NCBI RefSeq assembly: GCF_964194155.1
Contig: NC_135888.1
Span: 23,064,001-23,128,000 of the forward strand
Length of the DNA: 64,000 bases
Direction: 5' to 3'
DNA from: Cetorhinus maximus
Lineage: Eukaryota
The first letter of the stretch is position 1, and the number at the start of each line of letters is the position of its first letter. This document shows positions 1 through 14,257 of this stretch, piece by piece. The notes beneath the pieces are model-generated. The model saw nothing but the letters and a program-made list of their open reading frames with translations, searched no databases and was not told where the DNA came from. Both the position numbers and the translations under genes were made by a program.

Positions 1-1254
1 ATGGACCTTGGTGCTTTGAAAAGAACTGTTGTTGGTGCTGTTGCTCATTAGGATCAAATCTAAGTCGGAGTGCTAAGATCTATTGGCAGCAGCAACTTGA
101 TGTGTCGGTGAATTAAAGAGAGTATAGATTTTAATTTATCTGTTTTTCCTCCAAACTTTTAAGCTGTCCAAGTTTGCTGCTTTGAAAGACTTCAGTGTTC
201 TAGATTACAACCTATTACTTGTCAAATCACGTTTCATACAGTCATAGGTATGGGTGATGCTTTTCCTATATTCCTAAAGGAGATTGGTAGCAAGTGTCAG
301 TAAGCTGTTAGCTGTGATGAGCATCACTAATCAACTGAGGGAATGGGGTGCGAGAGGACCTGCTTCTGCACTCACCTGCCTAGGGCAGAGAGCCAGTACA
401 GACTCAGTGGCTGCCTTCTGCACTGAAAAGATTTTGTGACACTGAGGCCAAATGTACTATCATGTCTTGGGCTGAGCATGGCTAACTTTGCACAAGTTGG
501 GGATAGAACCAGGGAATCTTTCTGATCTGTCCGGAACACCCATTAACTGAATAAACTTACTGAGCTACTGGGAGAGTCCCTGTGGTCGTTAGCGGGGCTT
601 TTTATCTTATATGCCACTCTTGCTTGAAATGAAACCCATGTAAAAATGGGAGGCATCCTAATTTTTTTCATTGTTTATATCTGATAAAAAGTTGAAGAAT
701 GCAGTGCAGGAGAACATTAGAAACCATTGAATGGTTTAGAATACCTGAGTAGCATTTTAAAATTAGAGAATGATACCAGGACATGGAGGGTTCAATTAAG
801 AGGGCACATTGCACAAACTTGGATCAAGTATAGAAGATTGAGGAATGATCTGATTATGGCGTTTAAAATGTTAAATGAATTTGATAAGAATAGAGAGGAA
901 CTATTACCTCTAATGGGGGAAACCCAGAATGAGGGGACGTTTAAAGTGGTTAAGCCATTTAGAAGGGAAATCTAGAACCAGCTTTTCACGAAAAGAGTTT
1001 TAGAAATGTGGAATTCTCTCTCTCAAAGTCTAGCTGGGATCAGTTGAAATTTTCAAAACTGAGACTAATAGATTTTGTTGGGTAAGGGTATTAATGGATA
1101 TGGAGCATAGGCAGGCAAATAGTGTTGAGACCTGATCAGAATTCTGATTGAATTGCAGAACAGAGGAGAGGGAGAGGTATCCTAAATGTTTCCAAAGATA
1201 TATGATCTGGATTGTGCAGCTCAATTCTTTACCTAATCTGTGTGATGGAGAGGT

Positions 1255-4017
1255 GAAGGCCAAACAAGTCCCTCTGACCCCACCCCATCTTCTAATCCCA
1301 GCCCTTGCCGTGTATTCACTGTACCCTCTGACCTTTCTCTCTGATACTGAACATTTTGTACTCCACAAAGGATACAGTTTCATCCCCTTATGCCCTGGCC
1401 TCAATGAATTTTTGTCTTGGCACGATGCTGAACTCTCTTCCGTTGCCTTTGTCTCCATGCTCACTTCTTTAGGCAGGAGTCCTCTTCCCCCATTAAACGA
1501 ATCCTTTCACCCGCCTCCAGTATCCTCCCTCTACCTGGATCCCTCCCTCTGACCTGCTCTTGATCTTTTCATTGAGAACTGTTGGCGTGACATCAGCTGT
1601 CTTAATTCCTCTGCTGCTCTCACCCATTCCAACCTGTCTCCTCCTAAGCTTGCTGCACTACATTCTCTCAGGTCTAACCCTGACTTTGTTATCAAACCTG
1701 CTGACGAGGGTGGTGCTGCTGTTGTCTGGCGTACTGATCTCTAACTTGCAGGGTCTGAGCACCATCTCTCAGACATTTCTTCCTACCTACCCCTTGACCA
1801 TGACCCCACCACTGGATATCAAGCCATTGCTCCCAGGACTGTCACTGACCTCATCTCCTCTGGAGATCGTCCATCCACAGCTTCCAACCTCATACTCTCC
1901 CAACCACGTACAGCCCACTTCTACCTCATTCCCAAAATCCACAAACAGGATTGTCCTGATAGACCCATCGTGTCAGCCTGTTCCTGCCCCACAGAACTCA
2001 TTTCTTCCTATCTTGACTCCATTCTCTCTCTCCCCTTGTCCAGTCTCTTCCCACCAACATTCGCGATTCCTCTGATGCCCTATGCCATATCAACAATTTT
2101 CAGTTTTCTAGCCCTAAAGGCCTCCTCTTCACTGTAGACACCCAATCCCTCTACACCTTAATTCCCTACCAGGACGGCCTGAGGGTGCCCCGCTTCTTCT
2201 TGAACAAAGGCCCAAACAATCCCCATCCACCATGACTCTCCTCCATCTGGCTGAACTTGTTCACTCATTCAACAATTTCCCATTTCACTTGTCTCACTTC
2301 CCCCAAATAAAAAGTGTGGCTATAGGTAGCCACATGAGCCCCAGTTATGCCTGTCCTTTTGTAGGGTATGTGAAACATTTCTTGTTTCAGGCCCCCACGC
2401 ACAACTCTTTTTTTTCGGTATGTCGATCACTGTATTGGTGCAGCTTCAAGCTCTAGTCTGGACCTGAAAAAATTTATCGTTTTTAATTTGCTTCCAATTT
2501 CCACACCTCTCACAGCTTCACATTGCCCATCTCAGACACTTCCCTTCCCTTCCTTGACCTCCCTGTCTACATTTCTGGTGATAGACTGTCCACCAATATT
2601 CATTGCAAGCCTGCTGACTTCTACAGCTACCTTGACTACAACTCCTCACACCCTGCTTCCTGTAAGGACTCCATCCCGTTCTTCCAGTTCCTCTGCCCCC
2701 AGCGCATATCTGTTCTGATGATGCTACCTTCCAAAATGGTGCTTATAGAGTGTCTTCCTTTTTCCTTAACCGGAGATGCCCCCGGCCCCCCCACCCTGCT
2801 GTATTTGGCAGGGCCCTCAACTGTGTCTGACCCATCTCCCTCACCCCTTCCCCTCCCTCCCAGAACTATGATAGTGTCCCCCTTGCCCTTACTTTTCACT
2901 TCACCAGCCTCCACATTCAAAGGATCATCCTCAGCCATTTCCGCCAACTCCAGCATGATGCAACCACCAAACACATCTTTCCCTCACCCCCCCGCCAATC
3001 AGCATTCTGTAGGGACCATTCCCTCCGTGACACCCTGGTCCACTCCTCCCATCACCCCCAACTCCTCATCCCCTTCCCACAGCATCTTCCCACGTAATTG
3101 CAGAGGGGGCAGCACCTACCCCTTTACCTCCTCCCTCACCATCCAAGGCCCCAAACACTCCTTTCAGATTCAGCAGTGCTTCACTTGCACCTCCTTCATT
3201 TTGGTCCACTGTATTCACTGCTCCCAATGCGGTCTCCTCTACATTAGGGAGACTAAACTCAAACTGAGTAACTGCTTTGCGGAGCTCCTTCGCTCAGTCT
3301 GCACACATGACCTAGACTTTCCTGTCACATGCCATTTCAACACACCATCTTGCCCTCATGCCCACATGTCTGTCCTTGGCCTGCTGCAATATTCTAGTGA
3401 AGTCCAGCGCAAACTGGAGGAACAGCACCTTGTCTTCCGGTTTGGCACTTTGCAGCCTTCTGGACTTAACATTAAGTTCAACAACTTCACACCATGAACT
3501 CTTGCCTCCATCTTTACCCCTTTTTTAATTCAATTGCTTTTTTTCACCTTTTTCAATTTTAATTATTTTATTTATTTATTGCTCCCTTTTCCTTGACCAC
3601 CCCCGCCCCCAAACAGGGCCACCTGCCACTGGCTTCTACAGTGTGCTTTCACAGAACACCGACCCTTGTTTTGCTATTAATAATCCTGCTGTCTTTCTTT
3701 TACACCACTATCAGCGCCTTCTTTAGCCTTTACCACTACCATTAACAACCCCTTGTCCTGTGTCCATGACATCTTTGTCAAAAAATCTCCTTAGCTCCCA
3801 CCTATCCCTGACCTTCTATTTTGCTCCACCTGCTCCATCCCCTCTTAACCAGTATGAAATCCATCACATTTTTATTCTCTAACTCTGAAGAAGAGTCATA
3901 CAGACTCAAAACATTAACTCTATTTTTCTCTCCACAGTTGCTGCCAGACCTGCTGAGTTTTTTCAGCACTTTCTATTTTTATTTCAGATTTCCAGCATCT
4001 GCAGTATTTTGCTTTTA
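1255..4017 (+). mobile_element. Penelope-like retroelement, decayed (RT + GIY-YIG), in a CIZ1 intron
   Basis: Frameshifted RT motifs (KPAD.GG, PKIHK..C..RPIVS) and endonuclease region HCIHCSQCGLLYIRETK. The 3' repeat contains a degenerate hammerhead at about 3881-3920. Homologous to 29573-31989. Confidence 0.9.
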
Positions 4018-4099
4018 CACTTTAATGGTAAGTGGGAGGAGAAGCAGAAGTGCGATAAAATCTGAGGTCAGTTCTAAATAACCAATAATTGTCTTACAG

Positions 4100-4187
4100 T
4101 GACAAGAAACGGCCCAGATGGTGCAGCACCTGTCAGGCCCACTTCAGAGGAAATATCATTGAGCATCGCAGGACACAGAGACACAAG
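4100..4187 (+). CDS. CIZ1: CIZ1 internal exon, zinc finger (DKKRPRWCSTCQAHFRGNIIEHRRTQRHK); upstream exons lie outside the window
   Basis: AG at 4098-4099 and GT at 4188-4189; 88 nt (1 nt + 29 codons). The translation resembles the CIZ1 finger RRWCNTCQ...IQHRRTQDHK. Not in the ORF track. Confidence 0.9.
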
Positions 4188-5261
4188 GTAGACAAAAAAC
4201 CTTTCTGCAGAAATTGCTAGAGTCACATATTGTCTCAAAGAGAAAGATAGTTTGCCTTTTGATTAAAGACACCTCAACCAAACCATCGAACTACCTTCCA
4301 GAGGCTACCTAACCTGCTGTGCATTTATAGCATTTGCTGTTTTCCTTTGTGCAACTATACATTTCTATATCCATAACTTGCAAATTATTGCTAGTAGGTG
4401 TAACTGTTACCAGCTTTTTAATAACTTTTTTTGCTGCAAAATTTATGCAATTTAAATAGGTGGGCATATGTTGTTGTTGGTCTGCAAATAAGTTGGGATG
4501 GATAGCATTTCTTGTAAACACACATGATGTTTAGACATTCGCTCCTCATGCTAAATGTAAAACATTTAGCCAAAATGCAGAATATCCTGATTGAAAAACT
4601 GGTGTCATCTGCTTCTATAACTATCCGTTTGCATCAGAAGCTTGCACCTTTAAATTTTAGTTTGGTTTCAGTAATTCAGAACACATGAGTTCTTAACTTA
4701 AACCTCCCCGTTTCCCTTTTCGGTGCTTACTGTGTCTCTTCTGTTCCTTTCTCCTTTGTGTTTCAGTCATGCCTTTCATTTCTTGGGCGTTCTGCAGTTG
4801 TTACTTAGTTGTCTTAATGCTTATTCTGTTCTTTAAGCTTGCTGTAACTTCTGCAGCTTGAGTCAAAAATCAATGAGTGAGTGCGGAAATTTAGCCATTC
4901 AGCCTCCACAAGCAGTTGAACAAGTCTTGCTGACATTAATAGTGAATGTCTCCTGTGTTTGATGAGATTTGCTTACAATTCAGTCTTAACAGTAACGGCT
5001 GGGGATGATTGGTGCACAGGTGTACAAGGCCTTTGCCTAGGAGACCCCAAGCAAATATAGCGCCCTACTTCACACACACAAAACACCGTCCTGATAAAAG
5101 GCACCATAATGCAGAAAAAAGGCATGCAACCAATGGATCGGTATCATTTAAGTATAAAGATCCTTAAAACATCTACATTTAAAACAGGCAATTGTTTATA
5201 TGAGCCAAAAAATCACAACCATTATTGATTTACATCATCATTATCAAAGTTGTTGGTTACA

Positions 5262-5600
5262 GGGGAGATAGTGGCATAGTGGTAATGTCACTGGACTAGT
5301 AATCCAGAGACCCAGGCTAATGTTATGGAGTCATGGGTTCAAATCCCACCACGGCAGCTGGTGAAATTTAAATTCAATTAATAAAAATCTGGAATTGAAG
5401 GCTTGTCTCAGTATCATTGATTGTTGTAAAAACCTATCTAATTCACTAATGTCCTTTAGGGAAGGACATCAGCTATCCTTATTTGTCTGGCCTACATGTG
5501 ACTCCAGACCTATAGCAATGTGGTTGACTCTTAATTGACCCTACAAGGCCACTCAGTTCAAGGGGCAACAAATGCTGACCTTGCCACATCCCATCAAAGA
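5262..5600 (+). mobile_element. Second tRNA-derived SINE family
   Basis: A-box-like gtggcatagtggt and B-box-like gggttcaaatccc. Related copies at about 15090-15450 (+), 23655-24030 (-), 58230-58598 (-) and 58599-58800 (+). Confidence 0.72.
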
Positions 5601-5767
5601 AAAATATATAAAAAAGCATCTTTAAGCTCCATTTATTCCAGAAGGAAACAGTGCTTAACTCTAGTTCATGTCTCATTAAGCTGCACTGAATACAAGAACA
5701 AACTACAAACAGAGTTAAAGGAGGCATCTGTCATGTTCAGTTACCTATTGTATACTTAAGACCTTCT

Positions 5768-5770
<3 letters not shown>

Positions 5771-5798
<28 letters not shown>
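5771..5798 (+). repeat. (TC)n microsatellite
   Basis: About 14 uninterrupted TC units followed by a C-rich tract. Confidence 0.9.
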
Positions 5799-7377
5799 CC
5801 CCCCTCCCCCCAACCACCCCCACCCTGGCCACCACCACCCTCACCTCCCCCGCAATGTGATCTGGGATTACAATTTGTACTAAACACTTACTGCAGTTTA
5901 AATATAGCTAGTTGCATTACATTTTTTCATTGTTCCAGTGTTGATCTACAACATTCTTGTTGATTACTGTAATACCACTGCCATGTTACACTACCCTTTA
6001 TGTAGTAATGTCACACGAACATGCATTGTGAGCGGTGGTGAATGTGGTATGTTCTGATGCGATAAGCTCTGTTATGAATGTAGTGTATAAATATTCCATG
6101 GGCAAATTTCTTCATGCATTTTATTGCACATTTGTGTTTTAAATGGAGTGAGGAAGTGGTTATGCAGAGGGGCAGGTTGGCCCAAATGTTCTTGGTGCCC
6201 AGAGGCCCAAGAATTCTTAATCTGGCTGTGCCTACATGGAAGAAAAAGTGGCTATTAAGTGAGAATTTGACAACAGCTGGCATTATGATAGGTATGTGTA
6301 AGTTCTAGGTGCACTATATTAGTGGGAACATGCTCATTGTTAAATGATCATGCGATGGGGAGTGATCGAGTTCATGCCTGCAGTTTATGTGGCTTGTAGC
6401 TGCTTACAGATCCTGTTCAGCTGCTTTGATGTGTACATTATAAGGGAAAACCCAAATGACATACTCTGAGTTGAAAACTGTGTTCAAGTGGCAGTTAGAA
6501 CAGAGGGCCTTGAAGGGCACTCCTAAGGTTTCCTGTGCTTAAGCTTATCCCTCCATTTGGGGAACATGTCTGTCTGCTGTTCCTGTGAGATATTTAACGA
6601 AATATATAAACATTTTAAAGAAGAATCATTTCTTCAATGTGGTAAAACATCCTAAGGTGCTTCGCAAGTGTGTCATTAAATAAATTTTGACACCCAAACC
6701 ACATGAGGGGATATCAGAAGAGATAACCTAAAGATTTGTCAAATAGTTAGGTTTTAAGAAGCATTTTAAAAGAGGAACATGGTTAGAGAGGTGGAGAAGT
6801 TTAGGGAAGGAATTCCAGAGCTTAGTTCCTCTGCAGCTAAAGGCACAGCCATCAATGGTGGTGCGATGAAAATCATGAATGCGCAAGAGGTCAGAATTGG
6901 AGGAGCTTCAAGATCTCAGACTTTGGGGGCTGGAGGGGATAACAGAGATGAGGACGAGTGAGGCCATGGAAGGATTTGAAAGCAAAAGTGCGAGTTTTAG
7001 AATTGAGACATTATTCAAACAGGAACCAATGTAGAGCGACAAGCACAGGAGTGATGGGTGAACGGGACCTGGTACAAACCACGGTATGGTTAGCAGAGTT
7101 TTGCATCAGTTTAAGTTTTTGGAGGGTGGAAGATAGCAGAAACTCTGTTACCCTCTCCACAGATACTGCCAGACCTGCTGAGTATTTCCAGCTCTTTGTG
7201 TTTTTATGTCAGATTTCCAGTATCCGCAGTGTTTTGCTTTTATTTCGCCTTGAAATCTCTCTCTTCAACGTCACTTTTGGCCACCCCTCCAGATTCCCCT
7301 TTACATGGTTCCCAACTCTGTCGGTGGGGGCATTTTGTTAGTTTAAAGGCAATATATACATAGTGTAAAATTATTCT

Positions 7378-7597
7378 AAGCAAAATATTGCAGATGCTGG
7401 AAATCTGAAACAAAAACAAAAATTGCTGGAAAAACTCAGCAGGTCTGACAGCATCTGTGGAGAGGAAGACAGAGTTAACGTTTCGAGTCCGTGAGACTCT
7501 TCATCAGAGTCATACGGACTCGAAACGTTAACTCTGTCTTCCTCTCCACAGATGCTGTCAGACCTGCTGAGTTTTTCCAGCAATTTTTGTTTTTGTT
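7378..7597. mobile_element. Fold-back mini-element made of two inverted Penelope 3' repeats
   Basis: 92-nt arms at 7409-7500 and 7506-7597, with two mismatches seen. Imperfect flanking direct repeat tgtaaaatt(a/g)tt at 7364 and 7597. Confidence 0.85.
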
Positions 7598-8761
7598 GTA
7601 AAATTGTTTTGGTGGTTGCCCTCACAAGTTGTGTCTGAGGACTCCCAAGTAGCAAGTGGACTTAAGGGATTATGTGCATCAGTGTTTGTTTTTTTTTAAA
7701 TTAAATGTGCTCCTTAGAATATGAGATGAATATTCAATTTATTTAAATACAGCTCCCTTTTTAAAAAAAGCATTTTGATCTTTTCAGGAGATCTGTAGCG
7801 TTGCCTGAAAGCGGATTCAGTGGTAACTTTCAAAAGGGAATTGGATAAATGTTGAAAAATAAAAATTTGCAGCGCAGTGGGAAAAGTGGGATGTGGGGAA
7901 CTATTTGGATAACTCTTACAAAGAGCCAGCACCCGCACAATGGGCTGAATGGCCATTTTCTGTACTGTATCATTCTATGTAGAGATCGAAAATTGTCATT
8001 GTCGAGAAAAACAAGAAAAGCGCTTGATAGAAAGTTTATTTCTTTTGAAAGCCAGACCAAAAATAATAAGGCTGTTAAATCATATTTAATACTGGTGCTG
8101 TTCCTTTTGTTGCTGGCACTCGTACCCCAACCAGGTAGCTCAATTATTATCTCAGGGCAGTACAGATTTATTGCCTTGAATGGTGGTGGGCCTTTTGGAA
8201 CAATTGGCTTTTACAACTGAGCAGCTTACTAAACAACTTCAGACAGGGGTGAACCACGCAATGTGGGCAAGTGAACCATGTCATGTAGCACTGGAGTCAT
8301 GTATAGGCCTCACCAGGTAGGGTTAGTGGGCTCCCTTCCTTGAGTGATTCCAATGAACCATGCCAAAGTTGTCATTGGGTTCTCAATATCACAAAACCCA
8401 ACTGATGCCAGAAGAATCGGCTGCTATTGTGGGTCAACATCAGAAAAATAACCTCACTTTCAATTTTGCAATTTGTCGTGGAGAGATTTAAGCTCAGTAT
8501 CTCTGTGCTCCTTGCCCAGTACCATCAGCATTACATTGAGGAAGCCTGTCATCTTTGCTCTTCCTAGCAGATGAGGTGAGTGCAGCCTTGGCCTGAAAGG
8601 CTGTGCATGAGTCACACAGGACCTGGGAAAGATGCAGCCGTTTCAAAGCCCCACACTGTACTACGGACTAGGTTCAACTGGTCCTTTTTTTGAGGGAGGT
8701 TGCTGGCCCAATCCCACCCCTTGCTGTAGCTGTGTCATTTATGTTCTCTGTTTCTCACCAG

Positions 8762-8875
8762 CTTGCTAAGTACTCGCTGCGGCCTTTCTGCACTGTCTGC
8801 AGCCGACACTTCAAAACCCCCCGCAAGTTTGTGGAGCACATGAAGTCGCCAGAGCACAAGCAGAAAGTGGAAGAG
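8762..8875 (+). CDS. CIZ1: CIZ1 exon, C2H2 zinc finger (LAKYSLRPFCTVCSRHFKTPRKFVEHMKSPEHKQKVEE)
   Basis: AG at 8760-8761 and GT at 8876; 114 nt, phase 0/0. The SLRPFCTVC..FKTPRKFVEH motif is diagnostic of CIZ1. Confidence 0.95.
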
Positions 8876-11800
8876 GTACACTAAGCTTTTACTAGGCTTT
8901 TCACTTGTTTCCATAGTGGAATACAGGGGAAATTAAAAATATTTTTAAAAAATGCTTACACCTTGTTTTTGAATGGCTATTCTGATGCTTGAGAGATCAG
9001 GTAGATTACAGTCCACAACAACATCTTGCATTTACATGCTTTGAATAGATTAAAACATTCAAGGCGCTGCACAGGAGCATTATCAAATGAAATTTGACAA
9101 TGAGCTACATAAGGAAATAATAGGATAAACCAAAAGCATGTTAAAGGAGTAGAGAAGGACTGAGGGGCTTAGGGAGGGAACTCCAGATCTTAGACCCTTG
9201 GCACAAGCATCAAAGGTGGAGCAATGGAAATCAGGACATGTCTGAGGCCAGAACTTGAGGTGCGCAAAGATCTTGAAGGGTTGCAGGCCTGGAGGAGGTT
9301 ACAGGGATTGTGAGGGGTGAGGCTATGGAGGGTTTTGAACACAAGTATGAGAATTTTAAAATTGAGATGTTGCTTGATCAGAAGCCAATGGAACTGCCCT
9401 ATTTTGTGATGACTAGACTGCTACACATGATGTATCTGAGCAGAGATGAGTTGGACAGTGAGTGCATTTCCTTTAATGTTTTGGGATGCATTCTACATGT
9501 GCCCTTTTAACTCAGCCAAACAGTATTGACACTTAAACAGTTTGAAACGTCAATTCAAATACAACACATGTCATTATGATTTGTTTTCTCTCTCTAATTG
9601 GACATGTTATTTAGGGCTGCAACTTGACCCTCCAATCCCACTTTAGCCTTAATTTCAGAAGGTTGTGGGTTTGAGCTCCACATCAGTTGGCTGACATTCT
9701 AGTGTGATATTGAAGGAGTATATCCTTTGAATATGGCATTAACTGAAGCCCTTTCAACTGATACTTAGGCTGTAATAGGAAGATGGTAGGGCTGAATTCT
9801 AAAAGAGGTTGAATGGCCTGGAAACCTTCTTCATCCAAACTAATGTGAGCTTTCTGTACTCCACTCTTCCTTCCGCCTGGGTCACACTTATTTCTGGTTG
9901 TAAATGTCCAGATTGCTCGATGTGTTTGGAGTGAGCAGAATTAATTATCTGCACTGTTTCATCTCGGGGATGCAATCTCCAGTAGTGTGTACTTCACCCG
10001 GTGACTTAAGTTGGCAATAATTTGGTTACTGAGTGATGAGGGATTGAGCCTGCCCACTACCTGTTTCAGGGGCAGGCATACTACTTCCTGAGCCCTGGAG
10101 CACCTATGCTCACCTTGCTGGAAAACCTGCAAGTGTATTATTTCTCAAATTCTCAAATAATTTTTACCACACCGCAAAGGTTGTAAGCACTCTCCTTGTT
10201 CTTTGTATCTAATCAGAGGAATTATGGCCCTAATTTAATTTGTTCAGTAGCTGTAGGGGCTCTGTTAAAACTTGTTACATGTATTTTGATATGCAGATTA
10301 AAATGCCAGCTTCCATGGATACTGAAATGTGTGTCCTGAAAAATACTAATGAAACATTATATTAAGTCATTCAAGCCTTTTTGAGCAGGAGCACATGAAG
10401 CTGAATCTGCCCTTTGTCCACATACTATCTAAATTACAAATGCTTTAGTTTACTGGGGGTGCACAGTATTTTTATCTGAAACGTTACAGAGCCATTTTCA
10501 AACTGGGTTCTGCAAGGTTTGTGCGGTCACTGCACAAATACTTCTTGCCATCTAACACATGCTTTGTGCACCAATTTTTTACGCATTGCCTCTTCTCCCA
10601 TTATCTTTATCCATCTCTCCCACTTGACTAAATGCAAACTCCTTATAATTTTTAATACCAAAATTATATATCCTCTAAGCCTGTGCTTTTCTGAAGTGGA
10701 TGACCCCAACTCGTAGAGTCCTGAGGCTAGGTATTATTTAGTTGTTATCTTCTGCAAGTCCTCAAGTGGCAATATTCTTTATCATGTGCAAAGATAAAAT
10801 TGGATTCAATATTATGAGAGTATCTCCAACAGTGTCTTCTCTTCCTGTTCCGCTCCTTTACTTATTGATTTTCCCAAGAATTTGTACTTTGTCATCTCCT
10901 CTTCCTCATTTACATGCTGCTTCTTGGCGACATCATCCAAAAATGTGGGATCAGGTTCCACAAGTATTATGATACTCCCCCCTCGATCACTGTCTCGTAT
11001 TTAACCAGACTGTTTAGAACTGTGGCAGCCTATTTAATCCAGTTTACAATCCCATATCCTCTCGATCACAAATGCTGCCTCCTTAACATTGTCCACCTGC
11101 CCCACCTCACCCTGTCTGCTGTCAAAGCCCTCACCTGCACCTTTGTCACCTTCAGTTTGACTATTCAATGGGGCGCTGAAGAATCTCCATTACAAACGTG
11201 TCCATAGAAGTCACTGATTAGCAATTTGGAGTGCTGAACAGAATTGCCAATCAGGGCAGTGAAAAGCTGTCCTATTGATGGACTATTTGGAAAAAGAAAT
11301 TTGTGCCCTGGCTGCGCTCCCATTTTGTACTCTGTAAATTTCAGTTCATTTAAAACTCTCTGCCTGTATCCTACCTTGCACCAAGTCCCACTCACTCATT
11401 GCTCCTGCGCTCACTGTATCTGTATTGGCTCCTGATCTCCCAACTCCTATTAAAAAATTCTTATCCTTGTGTCTAAATCTCTGGTAATCTGAAATTAAAT
11501 GAGAAAATACAAGAATGCACAGCCATTCGGGCAGCATCTGTGGAGAGAGGAAGTTTAAGGTTACTGGGTCAATGACTTTTCTTTCGACAGTGTATTCCAC
11601 TCTTGAATTCTTGGACAGCCAAATTTTCCATAATCTTTTGCAGGCCTGTTTCCATGAATCTATCTGTTCTCAGTTGATTTTACTGACAGCTCCATGTTTT
11701 GTATCAGTTACACTTCTGACACATATGAACACTTTTTCAGATTTGTTGGGTTTACGATTTTTTTTATCCCCTGTTCTTAACTTGTTCACTCCTTGCAATA

Positions 11801-12612
11801 ATGCTCTCTCCAGTTAGGGTACACTGTATGGGCTTGGATGGCCACCTGTGCCACTCGATCATTTGTACCAAATGACCCAATTAAATTAGATTGGCTAAAC
11901 AACGTCCGATTTTCTATGAATCAGAGATGAGTAATTCACTATTCAGTCTCAAACCAGACCAGCATATTGGATTTGATTCAACATCCACCCTCCACCACCA
12001 GAGCACTGAGGCTGCAGGATGTATGTTCTACAGGGTTCACTGCAGCAACTTGCCAGCCAAGGTTGCTTTGACAGCACATACCTCCCCTGACCTCTGCCAC
12101 CAAGAAGAATAAAAACAGCAATGTTGGAAGATCATCATTCCTTCATTGCCACTGGATCAGAATCCTGGAATTCTCTACCTGGTACCATCGTGGGCAAAAT
12201 CATCACAAAGGCTGCAACAGTTCAAGAAGAATCCCTAGTACCACTTTCCCAGCAACTAGAGATGGGCATAAATGCAATCTTACCTGCAATATCCACCTTA
12301 CCTCCTGCATTGGAGGAATACAATTCAAACAATAAAATCAGATGAGCTCAGATGGTACTGCTGCACTTGTGGAAGGGTGTAATATCAGTATGACAAGTAC
12401 TTTACTGTGGCAGTTTCTATCACAACCGTAGACCGAGAAATTTATAATGGGAGAAAAGTGTTGGATGGAAATGGATGCAGATGCAAGATATTTATGTCAA
12501 GTGTCTGTGGATAATATTTGACACAAAATCCAAATATTTATGCAGCATGAACTTGCTACCATCACTAACCTGTGTAATAATTACACATCAGTGAATTTAA
12601 TTTTGTTTTCAG

Positions 12613-12783
12613 GTTAAGCTGCAGCGTAGCTCCCAGGACAAAGACCAGGCTGGACAAGATGATCCAGAGGATCTGATCACTGTTGATGCAGTTGGTTGCT
12701 TTGATGAAGATGATGAAGAAGGGATGACTGAGGAGGATGATGACAGCGTTTCTGATTGTTTAAGTGATAGGGATTCTCAGCAG
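12613..12783 (+). CDS. CIZ1: CIZ1 exon, acidic domain (...EDLITVDAVGCFDEDDEEGMTEEDDD...)
   Basis: Acceptor ttttgttttcag and donor CAG|gtttgt; 171 nt, phase 0/0. Contains the CIZ1 ITVDAVGCF motif followed by an acidic run. Confidence 0.93.
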
Positions 12784-14045
12784 GTTTGTCAATATACTGT
12801 TAGAATGGTTTGTATTTCCCTGTATTCACACACATCTAATCTAAATAACCTCATTTGCTATATGATTTTATTAGAGGTGACAAATAATATTCAGCTTTAT
12901 TTTTAACCACTATGATAACTATTGCGGGATTTGGCAGTGTATACTCCCTTGATGTAGTTGGTTCTTCATACTGTTTTAACTGTGATGTTGCAAAAGTGCA
13001 ATTTCAATTACTCCTTTTATTTTTGAAGATTAAGCACCTCTACTACAACAATATGCATTTATATAGTGCTTTTAATTTGGTAAACATCCCAAGACGCTTC
13101 AAGAGTGTTATCAAACAGAATTTGACACCAAGTCACGTAAAGAGATACTAGGATAGGTCACAAAATGCTTGATCAAGAACTAGGTTTTAAGAACTGTCTT
13201 AGATGAGAGAGAGGCGGGGAGAATTGAGGAGGGAATTCCAGAGCTGAGGGCCTAGGCAGCTGAAGGCACAGCTGCTAGCGGTGGAGTGAAGGAAATTGGG
13301 GGTGCGCAAGAGGCCAGAATTGGAAGAACACAGAGATCTCATAGAGTTGGAGGAGGTTAGAGATTGGAATGGGTGGGAAGAATTTGAAAATAATGAGAAT
13401 CCTAAAATCTTTGCTAGACTAGAAGCCAAAATGGATCAGTAAGCTCACAGGTGGGAAATGTCTGATAATCCAATTTAAAGCTTATTCTGGGGGAAAGAAG
13501 GGAAGAGCAGATATATCATTCAAGCCTTTAAAATAATGAAAGATATAAGGTTGAAATTAATAAACCATTCAATTTTGGTAGTGATTGTGGGACAAAGAGC
13601 TCAAGCACAAAATTTACAACCCTTGCGCAAGGTTAGAAATTAGAAAAAACATATCCAAAGGATGGTGGACATGTAGAATAGGCACTCTGGAGAAGGTAGT
13701 TTATTTGGGGCCAACTGATGCATTGTAAACTGGTAATGGATTGATAGGAGAAGGTGGATATTAGAGGGATCACTAACTTTTTTAGGAGGGGTAAGAGAAA
13801 GAGCTCACTGGCCCTTAAATTAGAGGATCAACAGATTGAAGGAGAAGAGGGACATATCCATAATGGAACATCCTTAAATGGACTCTGGATGGAATGAGCT
13901 TGACAGAAAGAATAGCTGTTTTTGACTGCGGATTTCGTTAATTTGCTTGGCTTCCCTGAAATGTCATGGAATTTTACAACCTCTTGAATAAAATGTGCAT
14001 CTTAGAAAGGGGAGGAAAAAGTAAACATACGCTTTGTACATTTAG

Positions 14046-14097
14046 GCTTTGCTGTCAGAGTTTGAGAAGGAGCCATATGACGCAGAAGCTGTGTATG
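14046..14097 (+). CDS. CIZ1: CIZ1 short exon (ALLSEFEKEPYDAEAVYG)
   Basis: Acceptor tttag and consensus donor G|gtgagt; 52 nt, phase 0/1. This phase is exactly what is needed to join the next exon, and the ..Y....YG ending precedes the matrin finger as in CIZ1. Confidence 0.85.
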
Positions 14098-14257
14098 GTG
14101 AGTACTAAATAAGTATGCTAATGTATTTCACTCGATGCTTTTCTCCATTAAAATCTACTAAGTTTCCCTAAATAACACATTATTGAATTTAATGGATACT
14201 TTAGTCTGTCAGCCTGTGATTTCATGTGATGTTTAATTAGATCAGGATTGACTTCGT

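Noticed and set aside
2523-3497. 324-aa ORF as an intact or domesticated gene
   Set aside because: It is a frameshift mosaic of Penelope reading frames; the middle part is out of frame relative to the copy at 38875-39621.
5262-5352. tRNA gene
   Set aside because: A/B-box-like motifs are present, but the sequence continues into a repeated SINE body and I could not build a cloverleaf.
4990-6230. Non-autonomous DNA transposon enclosing a SINE and a microsatellite
   Set aside because: The ends look vaguely TIR-like, but no convincing inverted repeat or TSD could be defined by eye.
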